Shown: in pieces, positions 48,661 through 57,676 of the stretch
Layout: every line of letters begins with the position of its first letter
Position numbering within the stretch: position 1 is the first letter of the stretch
Program-made: the position numbers and the translations under genes
DNA from: an uncultured virus (IMG/VR IMGVR_UViG_3300007523_000006)
Lineage: Duplodnaviria; Heunggongvirae; Uroviricota; Caudoviricetes
Virus record (IMG/VR): IMGVR_UViG_3300007523_000006
Span: 1 to 64,000 of that record
Length of the DNA stretch: 64,000 nucleotides
Direction: 5' to 3' (one strand)
Notes under the pieces: generated by a model
Databases searched by the model: none
The model's input: the letters and a program-made list of their open reading frames with translations, nothing else
What the model was told of the DNA's origin: nothing

Positions 48661-49251
48661 ATGGCAAGATCAGGTTCGGGACGTGATATGGGATTGGGCC
48701 AATTGGCCGGTCCCGATTTAGTCTTCAAAAGAAAATATAGATGGACATTTGAAGTCCAGCCGTATTGCGGATATGTGATTCCTGCTCACTTCGTAAAGTT
48801 GGCTTCACGGCCTAACCTAACGATTGAAGAGACGGAAATCAACTTCTTGCACGGCAAGATGTGGATTCCAGGAAAGGGTTCTTGGGAAACCATTACTGTT
48901 ACCTACTATGACATTGGTAACGGCGGTAATGGAATCACAGGTTTGTTCAGTTGGCTCGCAACGAACTACAACTTCACCGATCCAATCGGTTTGCACCAGT
49001 CCTCGAAGAGAGGAGCCGGTCCAGGCTCAAAGGGTTATTCCGCAGACGGTACACTGATGCTGTTTGATGGTTGCGGTGTTGCTATGGAACAATGGAACCT
49101 AAGTCATATGTGGCCACAGGCGATTAACTTTGGCGAACTGGACTATTCTTCCTCAGAAGAAGTAACAGTTGAATTGACGCTTCGCTACAGCGAAGTGGAG
49201 TACATCCCACTTTGCGGTGGCCGCATCAATCCTTGCTGTGCAGGTTGCTAA
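48661..49251 (+). CDS. Tail tube protein (gp19-like) copy 1
   Basis: KRKYRW, RP, PGK..WE.IT.T, WP..I.FGELDYSS; follows sheath. Confidence 0.9.
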   Translation: MARSGSGRDMGLGQLAGPDLVFKRKYRWTFEVQPYCGYVIPAHFVKLASRPNLTIEETEINFLHGKMWIPGKGSWETITVTYYDIGNGGNGITGLFSWLATNYNFTDPIGLHQSSKRGAGPGSKGYSADGTLMLFDGCGVAMEQWNLSHMWPQAINFGELDYSSSEEVTVELTLRYSEVEYIPLCGGRINPCCAGC

Positions 49252-49278
49252 TTACCCTACAAAAAATAAGATAAACCC

Positions 49279-49422
49279 ATGCCAAGATCAGGTAATGGTC
49301 AGGATGTGGGGTTTGGACATCTTGCGGACGCAGACCTTGTATTCAAACGCAAATTTCGATGGGCGTTTGAGGTACAAGGTCTTGTCCGTAGGGATGTGCC
49401 ATCTCATTGGGTGTCTTTCTGA
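49279..49422 (+). pseudogene. 47-aa N-terminal fragment of a third tail tube copy
   Basis: MPRSGNGQDVGFGHLADADLVFKRKFRWAFEVQ... aligns with both flanking tube N-termini. Confidence 0.85.
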
Positions 49423-49430
49423 GGTAAATT

Positions 49431-49958
49431 ATGCCAAGCACTGGTAATGGAAGAAACATGGGGTTCGACTTTGGGTTAGAAGACCCAAATGCTTGCTTCA
49501 AAAGAAAAAATCGTTGGTTGTTCAAAATTGAAGACGTGAGTGCAGATGGAGTAAGTTCTTTGCCTCCATCTAAAGCTGCACGTCCTTCATTGTCCTTTAA
49601 GGAAATAGAAGTTCAACACTTGAACGAAACAGTGTATTATCCAGGCAAACCTGAATGGAAACCCATCACACTGACTTTGTACGATCTGAAGAAAAACTCT
49701 CTGAATCCTGTGTTCGAGTGGCTTTCCGAGCTTTATGATCCTCGATCCAAAAGCAAATACCGTCCATCCTGTAATGGATTCAAAAAGCGAAAGGCCACGT
49801 TAGAACTTTACGATGGATGCGGAACAAAGATTGAGACTTGGATTTTTGAGACGGTTTGGCCACAGGCAGTAGAGTTTGGCGACCTAGATATGTCCACCAG
49901 CGAACTAATTACTTGTGAATTAACCCTTAGATACGACAGAGCGTATATCGAAAATTAG
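49431..49958 (+). CDS. Tail tube protein (gp19-like) copy 2
   Basis: FKRKNRW, RP, PGKPEW.PITLT, WPQAVEFGDLDMS, LTLRYD. Confidence 0.9.
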   Translation: MPSTGNGRNMGFDFGLEDPNACFKRKNRWLFKIEDVSADGVSSLPPSKAARPSLSFKEIEVQHLNETVYYPGKPEWKPITLTLYDLKKNSLNPVFEWLSELYDPRSKSKYRPSCNGFKKRKATLELYDGCGTKIETWIFETVWPQAVEFGDLDMSTSELITCELTLRYDRAYIEN

Positions 49959-50233
49959 TCTTCGCTATTTTCTTCTTCTTCCTCTTCAAGTTCTTCGCTC
50001 ATTTCTTTTTTCAAGAGTTCTTGACAGGCTTTTATTGAGTCTTCAAGCTCTTTAGGTTTACATTTAAGAACCCGGCAGGCTCCACTTTTGTTGAGTCTGC
50101 CTTTTTTTGTGTATACTTTTCCGTCATTTAGTAGAAACGCATCAACAAGATTGCCATAACCACTGTCGATCAGCTTTTGAATCAATTCTTGATTTTCAAG
50201 CTGGTCGAATGAATTACTGTTATAATTTGCCAT
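49955..50233 (-). CDS. Small hypothetical protein, acidic tail
   Basis: GAGG RBS before MANYN. Confidence 0.65.
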   Translation of the reverse strand: MANYNSNSFDQLENQELIQKLIDSGYGNLVDAFLLNDGKVYTKKGRLNKSGACRVLKCKPKELEDSIKACQELLKKEMSEELEEEEEENSED

Positions 50234-50315
50234 ATTCCTCACAACCAAGAAAAAAAGACCAGGGCAGTATTTACCCTGGTCTGCCTAAATAATTCTAGGT
50301 CTTTACAACCACGAA

Positions 50316-50867
50316 TCAATAGTCGTTGGCAAGATTATGCCTTTTGTATATACTTTTTGCCTTCGATGCTGGTAGTTGTTGGTCCATTTGTATCTGCAAG
50401 AAATCAAGATACTTACGCTTTAGCTCATTGTAGTTTCTGGCAGTTCTGTACAGTTGTCGGAAGTGGTTTAATATGCAGGTAGTCATATAGTTGAATGCCT
50501 TACCCTTATTAGGGTCAAAGCGATCAATCTTCTCGAAACAAATCATGACGCCTTCTTGCACTGCGTCGTCTTGGTCAATAAGATTGAACTTTGCGTAACG
50601 TACAATATTCTGTGATAGCTTATAAAACGCTATTGCCAATTCATCCTGTACCTGAGAAAACTCAAAAGCTACAACGTGATAGGTTTTTTCAATAGTAACC
50701 CATGCGGCAGGCTTCTGGTACTTACCACGCTTCGCCGTTCTTTGTTCGGTTGCGGCAATGTCATCCATGAACATCTGGTATTTGGTACGTTCTTTCTTGG
50801 CTTGTTGGAATTTCACAATCAGACTCTCGAACGTCTTATTGTTTAGATATTCTGTTGTTGCCATCAA
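50316..50867 (-). CDS. Late-transcription sigma factor (T4 gp55-like)
   Basis: YLNNK.F, DDAVQEG...C...DRFDP.K.KAFNY.T.CI.N.F; region 2 only, no region 4. Confidence 0.8.
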   Translation of the reverse strand: MMATTEYLNNKTFESLIVKFQQAKKERTKYQMFMDDIAATEQRTAKRGKYQKPAAWVTIEKTYHVVAFEFSQVQDELAIAFYKLSQNIVRYAKFNLIDQDDAVQEGVMICFEKIDRFDPNKGKAFNYMTTCILNHFRQLYRTARNYNELKRKYLDFLQIQMDQQLPASKAKSIYKRHNLANDY

Positions 50868-50933
50868 GCTCCTTGAGGCCCCGCAAGGGGTCCGTGATAA
50901 AGAAATTGGGGTATCTATATACTGCGCCTAGTA

Positions 50934-51782
50934 TCATTTCTCGCTCGCTTGCTCCCAACTTCTCAGTCTTTCAAGAGCTTCAATCTTGGCATCCTCATAC
51001 CATTTATTGACAATCTCGTAGTAATCTGGGCTGTATAATTTGCCTGATGTAAAACTACGAAGATGGTCTATGTTTTCGTCTTTCTTTCTTTCAAAGTTCT
51101 TTTCGCTACCAATCAAATGTGGTTTGATCTTAAACGATCTCAAGATGTAATTGCCCAATATCTCCGTGTCCGGCCATTGAGGACGAGTGACATTGGGCCT
51201 GTAGTCGTGAATGTTATAATAGTTACATAATCTTCTCATGCTCCAACCAAATCCAATTCGGTCCATAGTAGGCATGTGATACATGCTGGCCGTGTGTGAA
51301 ACCATTCCGTGCCAATCAGCATGACATCGAGGGCTTATCTCGTATCCGACAACAGAAGATTTGCTTGGACATAAAGTTGTGAGATGTTCTACAAAATCAC
51401 GCCGACGTAAAAATACATCGGCGTGAGTGGCAAATAAAAGTTCGGTGCGGCACAAGCTAAAAGCCATATCCATTGCCATAGCTGGGAAGTCAGAGGGGTG
51501 CAACACACCATTTAACCGGATGGCGTGTACTTCCACATCTTCGTCACGAAGAGTCTCTATTTGAGCATATTGCTCTGGCGAGCTTCCGGTGTCGATAATC
51601 AATACATATGGTCGTTCAGATTGCATTTGCAATAAGCGTACACATATTTCTAGTTGTTCATAGGTATCAAGAACCGGCACTACTGCGGTTACACGATACT
51701 GCCAGGGTTTCTTAGTACAGTTGCCCTCCCAAGGTTGTTGCCATTGGGGAACATTTCTAAGAGGGGCCAAATCCTTTTTCAC
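50934..51782 (-). CDS. GT2-like glycosyltransferase
   Basis: TAVVPV, IIDTGS, THADVF. Confidence 0.8.
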   Translation of the reverse strand: MKKDLAPLRNVPQWQQPWEGNCTKKPWQYRVTAVVPVLDTYEQLEICVRLLQMQSERPYVLIIDTGSSPEQYAQIETLRDEDVEVHAIRLNGVLHPSDFPAMAMDMAFSLCRTELLFATHADVFLRRRDFVEHLTTLCPSKSSVVGYEISPRCHADWHGMVSHTASMYHMPTMDRIGFGWSMRRLCNYYNIHDYRPNVTRPQWPDTEILGNYILRSFKIKPHLIGSEKNFERKKDENIDHLRSFTSGKLYSPDYYEIVNKWYEDAKIEALERLRSWEQASEK

Positions 51783-51803
51783 TTGTGTCGCTCTATTTCA
51801 TTT

Positions 51804-52010
51804 ATGGAAATCTATCAGATACTACTTGCCATATTGGACAAACCCAATGTGCCGAAGTTCTATCGTGAACTTCGGAATCACTACCAAACCGCTGGTATGC
51901 TACATGAGGTATCTGCCATCAGTCACTTAATAGAGAATAAGTTCGAGAAAAAAGATGTCAGTACCCTTGACGATTCACTTGATAATCAAGAACAACGAGG
52001 AAACAGTTGA
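51804..52010 (+). CDS. Small hypothetical protein
   Basis: ORF from MEIYQILL. Confidence 0.5.
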   Translation: MEIYQILLAILDKPNVPKFYRELRNHYQTAGMLHEVSAISHLIENKFEKKDVSTLDDSLDNQEQRGNS

Positions 52011-52941
52011 GCATACTCTGGAGTCTTTGCTGCCGCTGAACGCTCACATCTTGGTTGGCGATCTAGGGTGTAAAGATGAAACTGTAAGTAAATGCAAACA
52101 GTACGGGGCAACCGTAGAACGTATTTCTTTGAATAATGATCTATCGCAGGCAAGAAATCATTTGTTGAAGTTTTCAGACTCCAAATGGAACTTACACATC
52201 GAACCGTGGGAAACCATCTTGGGTGGACACGAAATAATCCAACAAGCGATAGTAGGGACTCAAACAGCCTACAAAATGAGCATTATTCAAGGAGATGTGA
52301 TAACCAAGCAAATCAGACTTTGGCACAAAAGCACAGAACTAAAGTTTAAGAATCCGGTATTTGAAACACTGAATTACAACGACGCAAAAGACCTTTCGGC
52401 CTACATTGCTGTGGGTCCAAACAATAATTCAATTCTGTATTTAGAGCTTGTCGAGAAGTGGCGAGATCGTTGCCCTTTGGCTAATGAACCCATTTATTAT
52501 ACTGCCTGCTCTCATTTAAGTGGGAAGAATTGGGATGCGTTTTTGAATTGGGCAGGCTTGTATTTACATCAAGAAAAATCTGATTCAATGTCAGTTTATA
52601 TGACGCACTATTATTGCTCGATGGTCAATTGTTACATTAAAAAAGATTACCAACACGCAATACAATCGCTTTTGCCTTGTCTGGCAAAAAAGCCGACGAT
52701 GGCAGAGTTTTGGTGCTTGTTGGGCGATGCCTACTATGCCATTAAGGACTATGATAAAGCAAAGGCTTTTTATGAAAACGCCATTATTTTAGGGAGCAAG
52801 CGACTTAAAGATGATGGATGGCCATTAGAAATATCCAAATACAAAGAATACCCTCAGAAGATGATTGAGGGCTGCGATAAAATCAAGCAGTCTTTGCGAT
52901 TCTATGGCTCAAGGGCTGCGAATCACAACAATCCCCATTGA
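51955..52941 (+). CDS. GT2-like + TPR protein
   Basis: IIKNNEE, DLGCKD.T, DLSQARN, IRLW..F.NPVFE; C-terminal TPR; DxD replaced by EPWE. Confidence 0.75.
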   Translation: MSVPLTIHLIIKNNEETVEHTLESLLPLNAHILVGDLGCKDETVSKCKQYGATVERISLNNDLSQARNHLLKFSDSKWNLHIEPWETILGGHEIIQQAIVGTQTAYKMSIIQGDVITKQIRLWHKSTELKFKNPVFETLNYNDAKDLSAYIAVGPNNNSILYLELVEKWRDRCPLANEPIYYTACSHLSGKNWDAFLNWAGLYLHQEKSDSMSVYMTHYYCSMVNCYIKKDYQHAIQSLLPCLAKKPTMAEFWCLLGDAYYAIKDYDKAKAFYENAIILGSKRLKDDGWPLEISKYKEYPQKMIEGCDKIKQSLRFYGSRAANHNNPH

Positions 52942-53353
52942 TCTTTTCAAGAATGTGACGCTTCAACTCAGACATTTTTTCCAAATGAGGGATAATCATT
53001 GATGCCTCAATGCTTATGATTCCCGTTATGTCACGAATGGTTCCTTCGATAAACCCTTTGTCTTCATTGAATTTTGCAGTCAAGCTAACCGTTATCTCTT
53101 TGCCATCTTTGCGTTTCATATTGACTTGAAAGTCAGACACTTCACCATGTCGGCGAAGTTCTTCAACAAATTCTTCTCTTTCTTTTGCATCGTAGAGATC
53201 AATCGCAACGTGTTGTGATAAATCATTGAAATCAGAAAAGCCCAAAATGCCTATGGCAGCTTCATTGGCATCAATGAAATGCCCATCTTCTATATTGGTT
53301 CGCCACAAACCAACGGGTGCTGTTTCGTATAGGTCTTTATATTCGTTACTCAT
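52883..53353 (-). CDS. Stand-alone PAS domain protein
   Basis: LYETAPVG, ANEAA..ILG, KRKDG, GTIRDIT. Confidence 0.88.
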   Translation of the reverse strand: MSNEYKDLYETAPVGLWRTNIEDGHFIDANEAAIGILGFSDFNDLSQHVAIDLYDAKEREEFVEELRRHGEVSDFQVNMKRKDGKEITVSLTAKFNEDKGFIEGTIRDITGIISIEASMIIPHLEKMSELKRHILEKINGDCCDSQPLSHRIAKTA

Positions 53354-53377
53354 AATGATCTCCCAAATATATAGTCA

Positions 53378-53758
53378 TCAATATATGACATCTAATTCAT
53401 TTACAACTACCGTAACAGTATCTTCAAACCGGGCAACAGCAAGTTGTTTGCGTCCAGGAGGCAACTTTCTAAGTCGTGCCTCTAGTTCATCAATGTGACA
53501 GTTTATAACGCTGAAGTTATTGTCGGCCAGCTTTTTGGCCTCTTCTTCTAAATTAGCTACCGATCTATTTGGGTAGTAAGCCTGAAGCTGAGGCTTGGCG
53601 TGCATCATGATTTTTTTATAAATTGGTACATTGCACGCACATCCTGGGTTTTGCAGGTATTTCTGCATATCTTCCAGGAAATCACTAGATAAGCTCTCCC
53701 GGAAGCGCTTGTCCCGTAGGGCCTGTTTCACGTCCATTAGTCCGATTGGTCTGCTCAT
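53378..53758 (-). CDS. Hypothetical protein (NPGCACN)
   Basis: Coupled ORF. Confidence 0.7.
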   Translation of the reverse strand: MSRPIGLMDVKQALRDKRFRESLSSDFLEDMQKYLQNPGCACNVPIYKKIMMHAKPQLQAYYPNRSVANLEEEAKKLADNNFSVINCHIDELEARLRKLPPGRKQLAVARFEDTVTVVVNELDVIY

Positions 53759-54005
53759 CTGGTGTTGTCTCCACTAAGGTCAATTTGGTTGCTTTAATCA
53801 CATATCCACAACCCGGACACTTAAACGATTTAGCCCGGTTCATAGAAGGCGGAATAACTACTTTTTTGGTAAAAGGATCAACGAAAGGCGATCCACGAGG
53901 AATAGCAGCCTGCTTGACTTTAACTAAATCCTGGATGTCGTCGCCTTTGGTGATTCTTTTGTAGCCACAGTTGTCACAAAAGAATTGGTATGTTTTAAGA
54001 CTCAT
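53685..54005 (-). CDS. Zn-ribbon protein
   Basis: CDNC...CPGC. Confidence 0.7.
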   Translation of the reverse strand: MSLKTYQFFCDNCGYKRITKGDDIQDLVKVKQAAIPRGSPFVDPFTKKVVIPPSMNRAKSFKCPGCGYVIKATKLTLVETTPDEQTNRTNGRETGPTGQALPGELI

Positions 54006-54333
54006 GGTTCTCGTCATTTGGCAAATTGACAATAGTTGCCGCTTCGAGCCAGTTTAGGATTACAGCAGCAAAATTTGCCAAAAATCCTCCTGCACACCCG
54101 CAAGCGAAAATCTGAAGTGGATTTTGTGAAATCCATATTGCGCCCATCAAGAAACCGCACCATGTACCACAGCACAAGTAGCAGTCTACGACACCGCCCA
54201 TGCTAGGCAGTCCAATCTTGGCTGTAATCGACTTCACAAGTTTTCGGAACCATTCCATAATGGACCCATCAACTATTATGTGACTTAACCCAATACTGGA
54301 CAAAGCGAACAAAATCAAAGTTTCAATATTCAT
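53995..54333 (-). CDS. DUF1360-like membrane protein
   Basis: TM helices with C..C.G.W (CYLCCGTW). Confidence 0.65.
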   Translation of the reverse strand: MNIETLILFALSSIGLSHIIVDGSIMEWFRKLVKSITAKIGLPSMGGVVDCYLCCGTWCGFLMGAIWISQNPLQIFACGCAGGFLANFAAVILNWLEAATIVNLPNDENHES

Positions 54334-54365
54334 AGATTCCCTTTATTTATGTTTTGAAGAAAAAA

Positions 54366-54725
54366 TCACCGCCAAAATGTGACGTGGATTCTATCTTTAT
54401 CTGTGTGGATACAAAAATCTCTGTAGCCAGTGAACTTACAAAGCTCATCAACTTCACCGATTTGCCAATCACAACAGGCGGTTAGCCGGTGGTCAATTTT
54501 ATCCACTAGAATTGTATCTGAGAAATACTCTTCTAGTTTGCGAATACGAATTTCGTCAAGCGAGTTGAGTAGTTCCAATACACTGCGTTGACCAAGAGTT
54601 TTCATTCCTGGAATGCGTTGACCCAACTGCCATTGGTCAAAAAAATGGCGAAATTCGGGGAACAAGGCGTGTGCCTTTTTGTCGAAGAAAATTAGTTCCT
54701 CGATATTTTGCAGATTTATTTCCAT
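54366..54725 (-). CDS. Hypothetical protein
   Basis: ORF. Confidence 0.65.
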   Translation of the reverse strand: MEINLQNIEELIFFDKKAHALFPEFRHFFDQWQLGQRIPGMKTLGQRSVLELLNSLDEIRIRKLEEYFSDTILVDKIDHRLTACCDWQIGEVDELCKFTGYRDFCIHTDKDRIHVTFWR

Positions 54726-54786
54726 GACACTATGTTAACCCCAAGATGATGAACTTGCTATAAGCTAGTAATCCAAGGAGACAAAT

Positions 54787-55965
54787 ATGGCTGATGATAC
54801 TTTTCGTCCAAGACGACCAAACCCGCCAGATGATGAAGATCAGGTAACGGGCGAAGATGAAGGCGGCATGTCCGCTTTGAATATGGCAGAGAAGATGCGA
54901 CAACAGGCGGCTGGAGAGGATAGTCAATCAGATGACAATCCTAAGCTAACTGGCAACTTCAATATTAAGGGGATGGAAAACGCCCCGCCTGAATTCATGC
55001 AAGCACTAAAAGCCGCTCAGGGTGGCCCGCAGCAGAAAGTTCAGCAAGAAACATCCGGTCATGAGCCGAAGCGTGGCTTTGGCCAGATGTCTGGTGGTGG
55101 AGAAGGTCCAGGTTCAGCACCCGCAGCACCAGTCGCCAAGAAGCGTGACGCTGCATCGACAAGCTCAGGCCACTTGAAAGAATTGCTGGAAGGACTGAAA
55201 GGTTCGACCACAATTTATGAAGAGATTGAGTTGCCTTCGAGGGGTCGTTTTTACGACGGCACTGATGGTCCCGCAAACGGAGTTGTTTCTATTCGTCCGA
55301 TGACGGGCGAAGAAGAACAAATTCTGGCAACCCCACGATTCGTTCGTAAGGGACAAGCCATCAACATGATCTTCCAGCGATGCCTCAAGGAACAGTTCCG
55401 TCCCGAACAACTCTTGACCATCGACCGGACCTACATGCTGATTTACCTGCGTGGTATTTCGTATTCACCGAATTACGATGTTGAGGTAAAGTGTCCTGAA
55501 TGTGAAAAGAAGTTCGGAACCACAATTGACCTCAATACGCTATATGTCGAACCGTGTCCTGAAACATATGGGCCACAATTGCAAGATGTATTGCCAACAA
55601 CCAAGCTGCCTTTCTCATATCGGCTTTCAACTGGTCGAGATGAGCAAGAGATCACGGATTACCGTGATCGCCGCATCAAGGCTTTCGGTGACGCCTCTGC
55701 TGACGATACTTTGATCTACAGAACGTCTATGCTGCTTGATGATATCGACGGCTTGACCAATAAGGGCGAACTTCAGATTCTTCTAAAGAATCTACCGATC
55801 AGCGACGTATCGTATGCACGCAACTGTATCAACGAGCCACCATTTGGCGTTGATACAAATGTAGAAATTGTTTGCCCTAGCTGTCTACAGGACTTTGAAG
55901 TTGATCTTCCACTGGAGGCCAATTTTTTCTTCCCTCGACGGAAGAAAAACAAGACCCAAGCATAG
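54787..55965 (+). CDS. Baseplate hub / tail assembly chaperone (T4 gp26-like) with CxxC motifs
   Basis: LPSRGRFY, IRPMTGEEEQIL, D..Y..I.LR..SY, CPEC, CPSC, NFFFP end. Confidence 0.8.
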   Translation: MADDTFRPRRPNPPDDEDQVTGEDEGGMSALNMAEKMRQQAAGEDSQSDDNPKLTGNFNIKGMENAPPEFMQALKAAQGGPQQKVQQETSGHEPKRGFGQMSGGGEGPGSAPAAPVAKKRDAASTSSGHLKELLEGLKGSTTIYEEIELPSRGRFYDGTDGPANGVVSIRPMTGEEEQILATPRFVRKGQAINMIFQRCLKEQFRPEQLLTIDRTYMLIYLRGISYSPNYDVEVKCPECEKKFGTTIDLNTLYVEPCPETYGPQLQDVLPTTKLPFSYRLSTGRDEQEITDYRDRRIKAFGDASADDTLIYRTSMLLDDIDGLTNKGELQILLKNLPISDVSYARNCINEPPFGVDTNVEIVCPSCLQDFEVDLPLEANFFFPRRKKNKTQA

Positions 55966-55967
55966 AA

Positions 55968-56162
55968 ATGTGGAAGGGACTAGCGGAAGAAATATTCTTC
56001 TTCCAATATCACTTACACTTAGCTATGTCAGGGTCAATGAGTCTGCCGATCAATCTGCGAAAATGGATGATCGAACGCTTTATCGAGCAAAAAGAAAAAG
56101 AAAACGAGGCAATGGAAGCCTCACGCAGAAAGGCGCAGTCTCAATCAAAGTCAAGGCGATAA
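55968..56162 (+). CDS. Small chaperone-like protein (gp51/GT-like), likely C-terminal part of a -1 frameshift fusion
   Basis: EEIF..QYH......LPI.LRKW.I....E.KEKENE; frame open back to 55905. Confidence 0.75.
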   Translation: MWKGLAEEIFFFQYHLHLAMSGSMSLPINLRKWMIERFIEQKEKENEAMEASRRKAQSQSKSRR

Positions 56163-56165
56163 AAA

Positions 56166-56909
56166 ATGGCAACAAAAGAACGATACCAAAATCCTACTTG
56201 CGGTGACTCAGTAAATCTTCGGTTGTTTACTTACAACAGCAACAACCGAAGAGACGTGCAATCTATCGAGAAAGTGGAAATTTACACTTATGACGATACC
56301 TTCAGGTCTGCTGATAATCCTCAAGGAATGAGATTGGTTCAAACCGTTCTCGGCACAGATGTCGTACAAGAAGCAACAGGTCAATATTTGTTACAGCTAA
56401 CGGTTTCAAACCCGTTGTATACAATCGGCTCATATAGAGACGTTTGGTCTGTTGTCTTTGAGGACGGCGAATGTGCAACTGCTCAGGTTGCGAACGACTT
56501 TCAGATTTATTCTGATTTGTGGTTCACAACACCAATCCCGCCAATATATGATTTTAATTTTAACTTCCGTCCCAATAAAGTCCGTAAAGGATCAAAGCGA
56601 TATTTGCTGATCCAGGTCGTACCGAATGTTCCACGAGGGTCCGAGATTCTTCCCTACTATGAAAATCTCGCCATAGTCTCAGATTTACGGGTATCTATAG
56701 AACTTGCCTGCGGGGAGTGTGTCCCGGCAGAGCAAGACCTACGCCTGATAGAAGATCGGACCCTTGTGAACTATCGTGAAAAAGGTTACGCATATTTCTT
56801 CCTTGATACGGAAGAATATGATGAAGGCATTTACAATATTTGGTTTGAACTTGCCTTTGGCGAAAACGTGTTCGTGTCTGACAAAAACTCTTTCCAGGTA
56901 TACAGCTAA
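56166..56909 (+). CDS. Probable virion/baseplate beta-sandwich protein
   Basis: Two Ig-like halves each with G.Y...W. Confidence 0.6.
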   Translation: MATKERYQNPTCGDSVNLRLFTYNSNNRRDVQSIEKVEIYTYDDTFRSADNPQGMRLVQTVLGTDVVQEATGQYLLQLTVSNPLYTIGSYRDVWSVVFEDGECATAQVANDFQIYSDLWFTTPIPPIYDFNFNFRPNKVRKGSKRYLLIQVVPNVPRGSEILPYYENLAIVSDLRVSIELACGECVPAEQDLRLIEDRTLVNYREKGYAYFFLDTEEYDEGIYNIWFELAFGENVFVSDKNSFQVYS

Positions 56910-57430
56910 TGGCCGTTTTTAATCTTCCCGATGAACCAGATTCGCCAGCAGGAAAGGCAATCCAAACTGCATTGGCACCATCAGCAGAAAAGCTGGCATC
57001 TCTAGTGATGCCAAATAAATTTCAGTTGGTATTCAAATCAGACCCATATTTGGGCGATAGTGTTCATGGCTTGATACTTGACCTGGGCCGCAAAGAATTG
57101 ATTTTCAACACAATAGAAAACGGTCAATACAATTGGATTGACTGGCTTTTAGAAGTGCCTGAAGATGAAGTTGTTACGTTATTCTTTTTAGACGAAGACA
57201 ATAAACACAGGTGTATATTGGTCATGGAAGGACTCTATGTGTTTGAACATACTTGTGCAATGAATAATACACAGAACGCTTATGGCATCGACTCGACTGA
57301 AAATCTCGAACACAAAGTAACAGTGCAATTCACCAATATTGAAAGACTACATCCAGAAGGGCAGGGGAAAAGTTTGAAAAAAGTGGTCAGAAGACCCAAG
57401 GAGAATGTTGATCGCCAAAGACAAGAGTAA
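56909..57430 (+). CDS. Hypothetical protein
   Basis: TAATG-coupled ORF. Confidence 0.65.
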   Translation: MAVFNLPDEPDSPAGKAIQTALAPSAEKLASLVMPNKFQLVFKSDPYLGDSVHGLILDLGRKELIFNTIENGQYNWIDWLLEVPEDEVVTLFFLDEDNKHRCILVMEGLYVFEHTCAMNNTQNAYGIDSTENLEHKVTVQFTNIERLHPEGQGKSLKKVVRRPKENVDRQRQE

Positions 57431-57463
57431 AGGTAAGATCAAAGACTCCTCCCAAAATGCAAC

Positions 57464-57494
57464 AAAAAGGCTCGCCAATTGGCGAGCCTTTTTT
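57464..57494. terminator. Terminator
   Basis: AAAAAGGCTCGCCAA/TTGGCGAGCCTTTTT. Confidence 0.8.
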
Positions 57495-57676
57495 CGTGTA
57501 AAATCACTCGACTCTCAATCTCTGCAAGGCTTGTTTTGCAGAGGACTTACGGCAAAAAACATGGTGGGAGAGAAAGGCAGGCTTTCGAGAATATTTCTGT
57601 TCAATCTTTACAACCAGACTTTTTTGACGTACTATCTGAGGGAACGAAACGTCTTCTTCACGAAAGGAAGGTGCAA

